Source: Nanobdellota archaeon (GTDB lineage Archaea > Nanobdellota > Nanobdellia > Pacearchaeales > GW2011-AR1). Taken from it: 64,000 nt of DNA. The notes beneath the pieces were generated by a model. It saw nothing but the letters and a program-made list of their open reading frames with translations, did not search any database and was not told the origin of the DNA. Location of the stretch: assembly GCA_030641715.1 (NCBI GenBank), contig DAOWGX010000015.1:560-64559 (forward strand), in the 5' to 3' direction. Shown here piece after piece: positions 35,456 to 46,196 of the stretch (its first letter is position 1; the number at the start of each line of letters is the position of its first letter). Position numbers and translations under genes: made by a program.

Positions 35456-38119
35456 ATGGATAAAAAAGTTATTACAGATATCTTAAAAGATAAACGATTT
35501 CAATGGATAGCGACGACAATCATCTTCCTAATCATATTATTCATGAGCTCCTCTATCAGAGTTTCTAACTGGGATTTATTAACAGACCAAACCACTGGAG
35601 AGAAGATTCCACTAGCCTTAGACCCTTATTATTTTCTGAGAATTGCCGAAACCATTTCAGAAACTGGCGAAAATATGCCGGAAGTAGATGTTATGAGAAA
35701 TAGCACCCCGTGGCATGCAGAAATCATGCCGAAAGTCGTCGTCGGAATGTATAACTTTGGAAATGTTTTCAATCCAAATTTAACATTAAGAGAAGTGAAC
35801 GTTTTTTCCCCAGTTGCATTTTATTTCGTCGGGTTGATAATATTTTTCTTCTTAGTTTACATTTTAACAAAATCTAAAGTTGCGGGTTTAATCTCGTCGG
35901 GTTTGTTAGCCTTTTCCCCCGCATACCTTTATCGGACAATGGCAGGTTTCTCGGATCACGAATCTATAGGTATGGTCGCCCTCTTCGCTTGCTTTTTATT
36001 TTACACATTGGCACTAAAGAATTTTGAGCAGAATTGGAAAAAGACAGTTCTCTATGGATTAGGTCTAGGATTTTTTACTGCATTCGTTTTAGCGACGTGG
36101 GGGGGTGCTATCACCCTCGTATTGATGGCCGTTCCCCTTTCGTTTTTATTATACTGGCTACTAAAAAATAAAGATAGGGTAAAAGCAATCGCGTTTTATC
36201 TTGCATGGATTATCTCAAGTATTCTGTTCCCGTTAATCTTCAACAACACCTTAGTAAAAGTTATGATTGGTAGATTCTCGACCACATACGGACTACTTAC
36301 TTTTGCAGTTCTTGGATTTATGCTAATTGATTACATCTTTGAGTTATTAATTAAAACAGGGAAAATCAAAATAAAAAAAGAGAATAAGATTTTGTATGTT
36401 CTCGGAAGTTCTGCAGTGATAGGATCCGTCGCCCTAACCTTTTTAGGTAAAAACATTCTGGCACTTTTGAAAGATGTTTGGTATGCAATTTTATTTCCCT
36501 TTGGAACCACCCGTGTAAATTTAACCGTCGCTGAGAATGCACAACCTTACCTGATGGATTGGATTAATCAAAATGGTCCAATGATTTTCTGGCTATTTGT
36601 TTTTGGAATTTTCTTTATGGGATTTGAACTTGGAAAGACCATTAAGTCGAAAAAGCATACCTTACTATTTAGTCTATCTTGGATGTTGATGATTTCTGCG
36701 ATGTTGTTTAGCAGAATTTCATCTTCGTCAATATTTAACGGAGAAAACCTTCTTAGTCAAGCAACATATTTAATGGGCCTTGGAATTTTCCTAGGATATT
36801 TTATTTGGTTGAAAATGCATCAAAAATTTAATGGAGAAAAATTGGATTCTTCTTTAATCCTACTCATCGTCTTGATGTTTGTCGTGGTTCTTAATGGTAG
36901 GTCGGCCATTAGAACTTTCTTTTTGATTACTCCGTTTGTTCTTTTAGGAGTCGGATATTTCGTAATGAAAATTTTCAAATATGCTCGAGAAAGCAAGGAA
37001 GAGATTTTAAAAATAGTCCTTTGGGGATTATTTTTATTTGCGATTGGAGGAGTTTTATTTTCTGTAAACACTTACAAAGAAAATATTACTAATCAGGCCA
37101 AGTATACAGGACCTAGTGCAAACGTGCAGTGGCAGGGAGCGATGTCTTGGGTTCGTAACAATACAGAAGAAAGCGATAAATTCATGCATTGGTGGGATTA
37201 TGGATATTGGGTACAAACACTTGGTGAGAGACCGACGAGTGGCGATGGGGGACACTTCCAAGGGTTCTATAACGGGAACATAAGAATCGGACGGTATCTT
37301 CTAACGACAGATAAGCCAGAAAGTGCATACAGCCTCATGAAAACCCATAATGTTTCATACTTATTGATAGACCCAACGGATTTAGGAAAGTACAGTGCCT
37401 ATTCCAAGATAGGCTCCGACGACGATTGGGATAGATTTTCCATGATTCCCGTGGGAGTTTCCGATGAAAAGAATATAAAAGAGACTGCGGATGGCGTAGC
37501 TCAAATTTATCAGTTGAATAGCATTGTCGACGAGGATATTTATTACGAAGATATTTTCTTGCCAGGTCCGAGTTATGATACCTATGGCAGACCTTCTTAC
37601 AAATCTTATATTATCGGGATCATCCTAAAAGTAGGTTCTGGGGAGAACGGGACAATCGAACAGCCAGAGGCCGTTTATGTTTATAATAATATTCAATATA
37701 AAATTCCCTTAAGAAGAATTTACTTCAATGGTCGGTTGCACGATTTTGATAGTGGATTAAATGCAACCCTTAGATTAATCCCCTCAGTTCAGCAATCGGG
37801 ACAAGGGATGACAGTCAACCCTCTAGGAGCAGCGATATATTTATCTCCGAGAACTGAAAAGACTTTGTTTGCGAAACTATATTTGATGGACGATCCTTTA
37901 AGAGAATATAGCGAGATTTCTTTGGCTCACTCTGAAGATGGTCCTGTCGTCAAAGCGATGAAGATGCAGAATGCCGCGATAAATGACTTCGTTTATTATC
38001 AAGGATTTCGAGGACCTATCAAGATTTGGGATGTTGATTATCCCGTTGGGACCCCAGTCTATGAAGAATTTTTGAAACCTTCTACAGGTTATGGGGATGT
38101 TGATTGGAGGTTTGAGTAG
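35456..38119 (+). CDS. aglB: Archaeal oligosaccharyltransferase AglB (STT3 family).
   Basis: A 13-TM N-terminal region is followed by the WWDYGYW motif and a DK-like segment in a large C-terminal periplasmic domain. Size is 887 aa. Confidence 0.9.
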   Translation: MDKKVITDILKDKRFQWIATTIIFLIILFMSSSIRVSNWDLLTDQTTGEKIPLALDPYYFLRIAETISETGENMPEVDVMRNSTPWHAEIMPKVVVGMYNFGNVFNPNLTLREVNVFSPVAFYFVGLIIFFFLVYILTKSKVAGLISSGLLAFSPAYLYRTMAGFSDHESIGMVALFACFLFYTLALKNFEQNWKKTVLYGLGLGFFTAFVLATWGGAITLVLMAVPLSFLLYWLLKNKDRVKAIAFYLAWIISSILFPLIFNNTLVKVMIGRFSTTYGLLTFAVLGFMLIDYIFELLIKTGKIKIKKENKILYVLGSSAVIGSVALTFLGKNILALLKDVWYAILFPFGTTRVNLTVAENAQPYLMDWINQNGPMIFWLFVFGIFFMGFELGKTIKSKKHTLLFSLSWMLMISAMLFSRISSSSIFNGENLLSQATYLMGLGIFLGYFIWLKMHQKFNGEKLDSSLILLIVLMFVVVLNGRSAIRTFFLITPFVLLGVGYFVMKIFKYARESKEEILKIVLWGLFLFAIGGVLFSVNTYKENITNQAKYTGPSANVQWQGAMSWVRNNTEESDKFMHWWDYGYWVQTLGERPTSGDGGHFQGFYNGNIRIGRYLLTTDKPESAYSLMKTHNVSYLLIDPTDLGKYSAYSKIGSDDDWDRFSMIPVGVSDEKNIKETADGVAQIYQLNSIVDEDIYYEDIFLPGPSYDTYGRPSYKSYIIGIILKVGSGENGTIEQPEAVYVYNNIQYKIPLRRIYFNGRLHDFDSGLNATLRLIPSVQQSGQGMTVNPLGAAIYLSPRTEKTLFAKLYLMDDPLREYSEISLAHSEDGPVVKAMKMQNAAINDFVYYQGFRGPIKIWDVDYPVGTPVYEEFLKPSTGYGDVDWRFE

Positions 38120-38120
38120 G

Positions 38121-38972
38121 ATGATTGTGGTAAGAATTGTAGGGGGACTTGGAAATCAATTATTCCAGTATACGATGGCTAAAGCTTTAGCAGTTAAACA
38201 TAACGTACAGATAGGGGTGGATGCAACCTCGCTCAAAGGAAGAGACAAGGAGGGTCATTTTAGAAGAAAATTTAAATTAAATAGACTTAATGTCGATTTT
38301 GAGGAAATACCTTTGAAAAAAATAAGAAAATATATTTGGATAACGGGGAATAAATATATCGATGATCCTATTATTAGAAGATTCAGACTTTTTGAAAAAA
38401 ATGTTTGGCGAGACAATGGCATAATAAAAGATTTTAATAAATTACCTAATGATATTTATTTGGATGGTTATTTTGGTAATCCAGATTACCTTAAAGGCTT
38501 GCATAAAATACTTCAAAAGGAAATCAGATTAAGAGATACAAAACCTATTAAAGAAATATTAAAAAGTGTTAAGAGCTCCAACTCTGTTTCAATACATGTT
38601 CGCCGAGGAGATTTGTTAAAACTAGAAAATTCATACATCCTCCCATTAAATTATTATAAACAAGCAATTAAAATTATAACAAAGAAAATAAAAAACCCCA
38701 AATATTATATTTTTTCCGATGATATTAATTGGTGTAAAAAAAAATTTAACTTTTTGAAAAACACATGTTTTGTTGAAGGATATGATGTTACGCAAGATTT
38801 TGAATTAATGAAAAATTGCAAACATAACATTTTAGCAAATAGTTCTTTAAGTTGGTGGGTGGGTTATTTAAATTCCAATAGAAATTCTATTATTATTGCA
38901 CCGAAACATTTTGGAGTATGGAAAATTCACCCCGGGAAAGAACCAAGTTTAAAAAAATGGATTGTTATTTAA
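38121..38972 (+). CDS. GT11 alpha-1,2-fucosyltransferase-like glycosyltransferase. The start is moved to the ATG that abuts the aglB stop.
   Basis: IVGGLGNQLFQY, HVRRGD, ANSSLSWWVGYL and IIAPKHF match the FutC/GT11 motifs. GGAGG lies 17 nt upstream. Confidence 0.85.
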   Translation: MIVVRIVGGLGNQLFQYTMAKALAVKHNVQIGVDATSLKGRDKEGHFRRKFKLNRLNVDFEEIPLKKIRKYIWITGNKYIDDPIIRRFRLFEKNVWRDNGIIKDFNKLPNDIYLDGYFGNPDYLKGLHKILQKEIRLRDTKPIKEILKSVKSSNSVSIHVRRGDLLKLENSYILPLNYYKQAIKIITKKIKNPKYYIFSDDINWCKKKFNFLKNTCFVEGYDVTQDFELMKNCKHNILANSSLSWWVGYLNSNRNSIIIAPKHFGVWKIHPGKEPSLKKWIVI

Positions 38973-39022
38973 AATGAAAATATTAATAAAAATAAAATTG
39001 ACTAACGGGAGAGATCGTAGAT

Positions 39023-39994
39023 ATGACCGATAGAACATCTATAGTAGTTACAATTAGAACATCCCTTGGAAATACTCTTAATTTTGTTAGCTACCATCTT
39101 AATATTGGTATAGATCATATCTATCTCTTTTTCGATAATCCTGATGATCCTGCAATAAATTTCCTTTCAAAAAACAAAAAAGTTACCTGTTTCAAATGTA
39201 ATTTAAATCATTGGTCAAAATTAACTAATAAAAAAAAGCTGTCGATAGAAGAAAGACAAAAACTTAATGCAGATATGGCATTTAAGAAAGCTAAAAAAGA
39301 AAGCTATAATTGGATTGCCCACATAGATAGTGATGAATTAATTTATACTAGAGGATCCTTAAAAATTCTTTTGTCCAAAGTTCCAAAGGAGATACAAGTT
39401 CTTCGATTAAGAACCATGGAAGCAGTTCCTGAGAAATGCGAAGACAAAAACTTATTTAGAGAGATTACCTTATTTAAAAACCTGGGGCAGATTTCAAAAA
39501 TTTATTATTCACATAAAAAAATTCTCCAAAAAATAGTTCCTTTGTTAAAAAAATGCGAAGGCAATATTTCCGGAATTTACTTTAGGGCACATGCTGTTGG
39601 AAAATCAATAATACGTACAAACTCAAATATAAATCGTGTCGAAATCCATGAGCCTTCTCCGAAAGAGGGATGTAAATTAAAATGTATGTTCGTTTCTAAT
39701 GCCTCTCTTTTGCATTTTGATTCTTGTTCTTTTGAAGATTGGAAATTAAAATGGATTAGACGACTTGACGGAACTGCTACAGCTAAGGGGCTATGCAATG
39801 TAGAGGCTAGACTATTAGAGGATTTTGCGAAAGCTTACGAAATTAAGGATATAAACAAGATATACAAACTTTATAGAAAACAGTATTTTATGTCTTGGAT
39901 TAAAAAATTTATTTTTAAGCGAGTAGGATTATTAAAGCAAATAAACTTAAATGAGAAATTATTCAGGTTATCAGAAAATTTTAAAGAAGAGTAA
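39023..39994 (+). CDS. GT-A fold glycosyltransferase, GT92 (DUF23)-like.
   Basis: HW...Q...N.D...Y.WIAHIDSDELI resembles the GT92 hW-NDC-DxDEF signature. Confidence 0.4.
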   Translation: MTDRTSIVVTIRTSLGNTLNFVSYHLNIGIDHIYLFFDNPDDPAINFLSKNKKVTCFKCNLNHWSKLTNKKKLSIEERQKLNADMAFKKAKKESYNWIAHIDSDELIYTRGSLKILLSKVPKEIQVLRLRTMEAVPEKCEDKNLFREITLFKNLGQISKIYYSHKKILQKIVPLLKKCEGNISGIYFRAHAVGKSIIRTNSNINRVEIHEPSPKEGCKLKCMFVSNASLLHFDSCSFEDWKLKWIRRLDGTATAKGLCNVEARLLEDFAKAYEIKDINKIYKLYRKQYFMSWIKKFIFKRVGLLKQINLNEKLFRLSENFKEE

Positions 39995-40021
39995 TTTAAA
40001 AAAAATAGATTATTATTTAAA

Positions 40022-40951
40022 ATGAAAAAAATATTAAATAAAATACAAGATGATTATTTGCCTTTGTATACCTTCATGAAACAAATTTATGGGAATACCG
40101 TCGGAATGTGGTTCGCGAAAGAAATGTTTGTTAAATATATCGGATTCTATAACGGCAAAAAGCGTTTGAGGTTACTTAGTAATATCGAAAGTGATAAGAT
40201 TATAGTCGAAAAAGTTAAGTCCGGAAAACCTTTTATGTTAGGAAGGTTTGGTAGTAGCGAAGTCAGGGGAATTTTTAAAAATGAATTTGACATACTATGT
40301 TTTTATGCCGGATTTTTCCCGAGAGACAAAAGCCTATTGAGCAAATTTAAGAAAGTATATCTGGACGCAGCTAAATCTTTAGACATTTTAGCTATTTGGA
40401 ATTATAAAAATCATTTTTTAAATAAAATCAAATTACTCAGAACCTTACCGAATATTGAAAACATCATTCCCCTCCCTGCTGCAGGAGGCATAGATCGTCC
40501 CTGGATAAAAGAGCTAAAAGGAAAGAAGATTCTAGTAATCCATCCATTCAAAAAAACAATTGAAAGCCAGTATAAAAAAAGTGCACAACTAAAGATATTG
40601 CCAACTCTCAAAAGTCTCGAAGTGATAAAAGCAGTTCAAACCCTGGGAGACAACGAGGACAGCAGATTTAAAATATGGTTCGACGCATTGGACTTCATGA
40701 AAAAAGAAATCGATAAAAAAGATTTTGATATCGCATTGATTGCGTGCGGGGCTTATGGTTTACCTTTGGCAGCCCACGTTAAATCTATTGGAAAGCAGGC
40801 ACTGCATGTGGGAGGAGGGTTGCAGTTACTATTCGGAATAAGGGGTAAGCGATGGGATGACAAGATGGAATACAACAAATATTGGGTATCACCGATGAAA
40901 GAAGATTTCCTGAAAGACCATAAAAAGTTTGAAGGAGGATGTTATTGGTAA
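40022..40951 (+). CDS. Hypothetical protein, possibly a GT-D (DUF1792)-like glycosyltransferase.
   Basis: MLGRFGSSEV resembles the RFGDGE motif of DUF1792. Otherwise I recognise nothing. Confidence 0.3.
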   Translation: MKKILNKIQDDYLPLYTFMKQIYGNTVGMWFAKEMFVKYIGFYNGKKRLRLLSNIESDKIIVEKVKSGKPFMLGRFGSSEVRGIFKNEFDILCFYAGFFPRDKSLLSKFKKVYLDAAKSLDILAIWNYKNHFLNKIKLLRTLPNIENIIPLPAAGGIDRPWIKELKGKKILVIHPFKKTIESQYKKSAQLKILPTLKSLEVIKAVQTLGDNEDSRFKIWFDALDFMKKEIDKKDFDIALIACGAYGLPLAAHVKSIGKQALHVGGGLQLLFGIRGKRWDDKMEYNKYWVSPMKEDFLKDHKKFEGGCYW

Positions 40952-41003
40952 AAGAATTTGAGAGTAGAATTAATTATTTATAGCCAATAATCTAAATTTA
41001 GAT

Positions 41004-41807
41004 TCATTTTTTATTTATAGCCAATATATTCTGAAAATTATATATCTCATAATAAGTCTTTTTTGAAAAATCAATCTTTAACAATCCTCTTGGAAGAAGC
41101 CTATATAAATCATAATCTTTTAACAATTCTCTAAAATCTTCCATAAAAACTTTTGAATAAACATTTATCCAATTAAATTCAAATTGAATGATCTTTATTT
41201 TTCCTTCTTCAATTAGTCTTTTTGCTCCTTGAAGAACTGACAACTCATTTCCTTCAACATCTATTTTCATAAAATCAATCTTATTGATATTTCTTTGTTT
41301 GCAAAAATCATTTAACTTTATTAGATGAATTTCCTCTCCTCGCAAATCTTCATTATTTCTAAATACATTATGTATGCTGGCAAGAGAGGATGCACCTTTA
41401 AATTTTGGATAATAAATCATTTCCTTAGAATCTTCTTTGCCTAATCCCCAGGGAATAAGTTCAATATTCTTATTTGTTCCATGAAGTTTTTTGTAGGCTA
41501 TAATATTTTCAGATACTGGCTCAAAAGCATAAATTTTAGAATTTGGAAAATATTTTACTAATTCTTTCGAGTAATGTCCAACATTTGCCCCAATATCAAA
41601 AATAATTTTAGTTTTTTTGCTTGATAATTTTGAAAGAATAAATTCTTCTCCTGTGTCCGATAGGTTGCCATCAAGACTTACGCCCATTCCTTTTAAGGCA
41701 AGGCAAAGGAATAGTTTGTGTAGTTTATAAAAACAACTTCTTGAAAAAATGAAGCGATACAAATGGTCTGCAATCATTTTAGTTTTCATTTTCCTTATTT
41801 CCAACAT
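41004..41807 (-). CDS. FkbM-family SAM-dependent methyltransferase.
   Basis: FDIGANVGHYS ... KIYAFEP ... IDFMKIDVEGNELSVLQGA is the FkbM domain signature. Confidence 0.8.
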   Translation of the reverse strand: MLEIRKMKTKMIADHLYRFIFSRSCFYKLHKLFLCLALKGMGVSLDGNLSDTGEEFILSKLSSKKTKIIFDIGANVGHYSKELVKYFPNSKIYAFEPVSENIIAYKKLHGTNKNIELIPWGLGKEDSKEMIYYPKFKGASSLASIHNVFRNNEDLRGEEIHLIKLNDFCKQRNINKIDFMKIDVEGNELSVLQGAKRLIEEGKIKIIQFEFNWINVYSKVFMEDFRELLKDYDLYRLLPRGLLKIDFSKKTYYEIYNFQNILAINKK

Positions 41808-42172
41808 TTTTATATTTACAGATGATGTCAGTATAAAAAGATATGCATCCTAAGGTAGATATGAATGGAAAATCTATCCCTATTATTATGAAAGAAATTT
41901 TCGGAATATTAAAAAAAGAAAAAGAGTATTCAATTAGAAATTTATCATTAAAGATTAAGTCTTAGTAGATAATATTATATGCTAGTTCATTTTCACGCAA
42001 ACTGAAACAACACAATATTTAAATATAATAAACAAATAAAAGATGATGATAAATATTTATAATCATTTTCTATTAGTTGACAAGTTAGATTTTTTAAAAA
42101 TAAAGTTACCTAAATTGCACAGTCTTAAGAATCATTACGAATTTTATAACAAAATTAATATAAAAATACAAA

Positions 42173-43252
42173 ATGATTAACAAGGTAAATAATCTTAAAG
42201 AGGACTCAGCAATTTTAACTACCATTCGAGGGGGGTTTAACCAATTCTATGCCCAGCAAAAATGGTCCTTAACTGGTCCGAACAAGAAACTAAATGAGAA
42301 ACTTTTAGAAGAAATAAGAAGTAGCACAGTATTTAGAAATGAAGGATACTCGGATTATAAAATGACTTCCTTGCCAAAATCTCCTAGTACAATTACTAAA
42401 AGACAATTAGTTAAAGATATATTTTACCTAGGAGAAAAAGTAGACTTTCCTAAATCAATTGTTAAGAAGATTAGTCAACATCATGCTTGGAAAATAGAAA
42501 GGATTGGAATAAAGAATCCAAAAAAAATATTAGCTGTCGGAGTTTCTAATGGAGGAGAACTTATAGCATTGAGGGCGATGTACCCTCGTGCAGAAATATT
42601 CGTTTGTGATTGGATTATCTCTCTATCAAAAAAAATGATTGATGAACTAAATATAAAAAACGTAAAAAAATCGACAATATGTGAATATTTAAAACATAAC
42701 AATGAATTCGATATAATTTATACCAACCATGTCTTAGAACATATGTTTAATCCCGACGAAACAATTTCATTATTATTTAAATCCTTAAAAAAAGGAGGCG
42801 TGCTAAGTTCAGGAATGCCCTTAGAAGGAGACGTCAGAAATCCTTTAAAAAACAGGACAATTAGACTCTTATCTGGAAAAGCATTCTATAGAAAATTTAA
42901 TATGGGAACTGTAAACATTGGACATCCTTGGAAAACAACTTATTCCGACCTTTGTCTAACCTTAAGACGTTCCGGTTTCAAAAAAATCGAATTCTTTAAA
43001 TTTGATGATTATACCGCCGCATGGCACATTGTAAATCCATTACCAAAAGAAAAAGTTGCTAAAAATTTGAAAATCAGATTAATTTTAGAAAAACTTATTT
43101 TTGGGACTATAAGAAATATTTTCTATAAGATAGACAAAGTTCCGAACATTATTCTTAGAGTATATTATAATTTTATGCATGCTTCCTGGTTCGGAGAGAG
43201 TAGGATTGTGGCTGATTTCACTCCTGAAGTATTTTTTGTAGCAAAAAAATAA
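42173..43252 (+). CDS. Class I SAM-dependent methyltransferase.
   Basis: ILAVGVSNGGE (motif I), DIIYTNHVLEHM and LKKGGVL. Confidence 0.7.
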   Translation: MINKVNNLKEDSAILTTIRGGFNQFYAQQKWSLTGPNKKLNEKLLEEIRSSTVFRNEGYSDYKMTSLPKSPSTITKRQLVKDIFYLGEKVDFPKSIVKKISQHHAWKIERIGIKNPKKILAVGVSNGGELIALRAMYPRAEIFVCDWIISLSKKMIDELNIKNVKKSTICEYLKHNNEFDIIYTNHVLEHMFNPDETISLLFKSLKKGGVLSSGMPLEGDVRNPLKNRTIRLLSGKAFYRKFNMGTVNIGHPWKTTYSDLCLTLRRSGFKKIEFFKFDDYTAAWHIVNPLPKEKVAKNLKIRLILEKLIFGTIRNIFYKIDKVPNIILRVYYNFMHASWFGESRIVADFTPEVFFVAKK

Positions 43253-43307
43253 CCTCATTCCATACAATCCTCGATATCTTTAAATAGATAACATTATCAA
43301 AATATAC

Positions 43308-44234
43308 ATGACAAAAATTTACGATTGTTTCCTATTCTTTAATGAACTTGATTTATTAGAAATAAGACTCAGCGAATTAAATGATTTTGTAGATTATTTC
43401 GTTTTAGTTGAAGCTAGGCAAAACCATCAAGGCAAATCGAAACCACTTTATTTCAAGGAGAACAAAGAGAGATTTAAAAAATGGAATGATAAAATAATTC
43501 ATATTATAGTTGATTTACCAAGATTTAATTTTATGGACAGACTCATGGTTAATTTAGAAAAAGGGAGACTTAGGGAGCCTATCAGAAAAATAAATGGAAT
43601 TGGATTTTTTGGGATGGGATTTGGAGGTTTAAAAATGGATCATTGGCAAAGAAGGCTTATTATCAAAGGATTAAAAAAATGTGGGGATGAGGATATCATT
43701 GTCGTATCTGATTTAGACGATATCCCGCGTTCAGAAAAAATGAGAGAAGTGATAGAATTATTGACAAAGCATAAAGTTGTAACAATAGAAACAGATTTCT
43801 ATAATTATTATATCAATGGAAAGGTGTGTGCCCTAAATGGAAGTCAAATAAAACGGGCTCAGGTACGTGCATGCAAATTTAAAACATTAAAAAAAGAATT
43901 TTTCTCTAATCCGCATTTTCTTAGAAGTCCTTTTGATAGTCCCTTAGGGAGAATAGGGATAATACCTCGAAATAGCTATTTGCTAAAAGATGCTGGCTGG
44001 AGTTTTTGCTCAGTTGGAGGAGCGGAAAAAGTCAAATTAAAAATAGAGTCTTTCTGCCATAGTGGAGAATTTAAAGATAAAGAATATTCAAACATATCCG
44101 AGATATCAAAAAAAATAGAATCTGGTGAATCTCTTGGAAGCGATCTTCACGTAGAATATATCAGAGTAGATAATACTTTTCCAAAGACAGTATTGGATAA
44201 CAAAAAGAAATTTTCACATATTATAAAAGAATAA
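43308..44234 (+). CDS. GT17-like (beta-1,4-mannosyl-glycoprotein GlcNAc-transferase family) glycosyltransferase.
   Basis: The N-terminal YDCFLFFNELDLLEIRLSELNDFVDYFVLVEARQNHQGKSKPLYF matches the GT17 family start. Confidence 0.7.
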   Translation: MTKIYDCFLFFNELDLLEIRLSELNDFVDYFVLVEARQNHQGKSKPLYFKENKERFKKWNDKIIHIIVDLPRFNFMDRLMVNLEKGRLREPIRKINGIGFFGMGFGGLKMDHWQRRLIIKGLKKCGDEDIIVVSDLDDIPRSEKMREVIELLTKHKVVTIETDFYNYYINGKVCALNGSQIKRAQVRACKFKTLKKEFFSNPHFLRSPFDSPLGRIGIIPRNSYLLKDAGWSFCSVGGAEKVKLKIESFCHSGEFKDKEYSNISEISKKIESGESLGSDLHVEYIRVDNTFPKTVLDNKKKFSHIIKE

Positions 44235-45056
44235 TCATAGGTTTATTGTGCTTTGTAAACATTTAGAAATTCCTTCCCTAACTTTAATTTGAGGATTATA
44301 TCCTAGAGCTCTTATTTTTGAGATATCAATTTTTACTTTTTGAGGTTGTTCTATTTCATGAGGCGCAAATCTAATTTTTGATAAACTTTTTGTTTGAGAG
44401 ATTATCTCATTTGCAACATCTATTAATTTCATTTCATCATTTCCTGCAATATCATAACTTTCATTCCACCTTTGCAAAGAAAGTATCACTCCTTCAACAA
44501 AATCATCTACATATGTAAAATCTAGGGTTTTGTCTTTATCTCCAAAAATAACCAACTCTTTATTATTTTTTGCATTATTTATGAAAATACTCATTAATCT
44601 CTTTGTGATATCCTCTCCAGGACCATAAACAGTGCTTGGCCTAATTATGATGTAATCTATCCCGTAACATTTTTTATAGGCTTCACAAAGTTCCTCCCCA
44701 TATAGTTTTGAAGAAGTATAGGTATTTTTTTCAGGACATAAAACTCTTGTAGACGAAAAATAAACTATTTTAGGTATTTTGTTTTTCCTACAAAATTCTA
44801 ATGAATTAAAAATTCCTTCTACATTTTCAAAGGCCCACTCAGGATTATCTACACATTTATTTATCTTACAATTTGAAGCTAAGTGAAACAAAATATCTGC
44901 CTTTGAAATTTCTTTTTTAGAGAGATTCCTTACATCAAGAGGATTACTTTTGTCTCTTAAATCAACACTTAAAATACATTCATTTCCACCCCCCTCTAAT
45001 CTTTGTTTTAATCTCCTCCCAATAAGTCCTTTATGACCTGTAATTATAAAATTCAT
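44235..45056 (-). CDS. NAD-dependent sugar epimerase/dehydratase (SDR). The start is moved to MNFIITG.
   Basis: ITGHKGLIG is the Rossmann motif, and YTSSK is the catalytic YxxxK. Confidence 0.8.
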   Translation of the reverse strand: MNFIITGHKGLIGRRLKQRLEGGGNECILSVDLRDKSNPLDVRNLSKKEISKADILFHLASNCKINKCVDNPEWAFENVEGIFNSLEFCRKNKIPKIVYFSSTRVLCPEKNTYTSSKLYGEELCEAYKKCYGIDYIIIRPSTVYGPGEDITKRLMSIFINNAKNNKELVIFGDKDKTLDFTYVDDFVEGVILSLQRWNESYDIAGNDEMKLIDVANEIISQTKSLSKIRFAPHEIEQPQKVKIDISKIRALGYNPQIKVREGISKCLQSTINL

Positions 45057-45266
45057 TTTATAATAAAAAAACATTATTTATTTGCATAAAATTAAACAAG
45101 ACAAAAAGTATTTAATTGTTTCTATTTAATCGGTTTCGCCAAGAGTTTCAAAATTAAAAACAAAAATTAATTAGATTGAAAAACAAAGAGCAAATCGAGA
45201 TTTCTTTTTTATTGATTCTGAACAATACCCAATTAAGAGTAATTATATAAACTTGAATTAATTTAT

Positions 45267-46169
45267 TTGGAAATGAATAAGTCAAAACTTACAACTCCAA
45301 TACTTTATCTCGCCTTCAATCGTCTAGATTCTGTTAAAAAAACATTCCCTGAGATACAAAAAGCAAAACCGAAACAGCTATTCATTGCATGCGACGGCCC
45401 ACGGAACAAAGAAGAGAAAGAAAAAACAGATTCCGTCAGAAAATACATCTTGAAAAACATCAATTGGAAATGTAAAGTTAAAACTTTATTCAGAAATAAA
45501 AATTTAGGATGCAAATATGCCGTCGCTGGAGCGATTAATTGGTTTTTCAAAAATGTTGAACAAGGGATTATCTTAGAAGACGATTGCTTGCCAGACCAAA
45601 GTTTTTTTAGATTTTGTCAGGAGATGCTGGAGAAATATAAAAATAATGAGAAAATAATACAGATTAGTGGAACTAGTTTTTTTAGTAAAAAAAGAAATAA
45701 ATATTCATATATATTTTCAAGATATGGCAATATATGGGGATGGTCCACATGGAGAAGATCATGGAAGAATTATGACGTGGATTTAAAAAATTATGATAAA
45801 TTCAACCAATTAAAATGGAAAGAAAAAATAAAATTTTTTGATAAAATTTTGAAAAGATATTATTTTTGGCTTGTAAAAAAAAAAGGGATAAATACATGGG
45901 ATTACCAATGGAACATTACTAGATCTAAAGTTGGAGGGTTAAGTATTATCCCCTCAGTCAATTTAATAGAAAATATAGGATTCAATGGATCAGGGACGCA
46001 TACAACAAGAATGGCAAAACTTACAAATAGAGAAAATCTCCACTTCCCAATTACACATCCTAAAAAATTTGAGGAAGATTTTAGATATAATTCACTTTAT
46101 TATATAAAAAAATCTATCCCGTCTGCCATGAAAACATGTGTGCGAATAATTTTAAATTTTTTTAGTTAA
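45267..46169 (+). CDS. HlpA-like (hemolytic-protein-like) putative GT-A nucleotide-sugar transferase.
   Basis: LAFNRLD...KPKQLFIACDGPRNKEE...GIILEDDCLPDQSFFRFCQEMLEKY matches the HlpA-like family pattern. Confidence 0.55.
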   Translation: MEMNKSKLTTPILYLAFNRLDSVKKTFPEIQKAKPKQLFIACDGPRNKEEKEKTDSVRKYILKNINWKCKVKTLFRNKNLGCKYAVAGAINWFFKNVEQGIILEDDCLPDQSFFRFCQEMLEKYKNNEKIIQISGTSFFSKKRNKYSYIFSRYGNIWGWSTWRRSWKNYDVDLKNYDKFNQLKWKEKIKFFDKILKRYYFWLVKKKGINTWDYQWNITRSKVGGLSIIPSVNLIENIGFNGSGTHTTRMAKLTNRENLHFPITHPKKFEEDFRYNSLYYIKKSIPSAMKTCVRIILNFFS

Positions 46170-46196
46170 CTCTTTAAAGAGTAAATCATTTTTACC

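Noticed and set aside
36820-37261. Two short minus-strand ORFs.
   Set aside because: They lie inside aglB, antisense.
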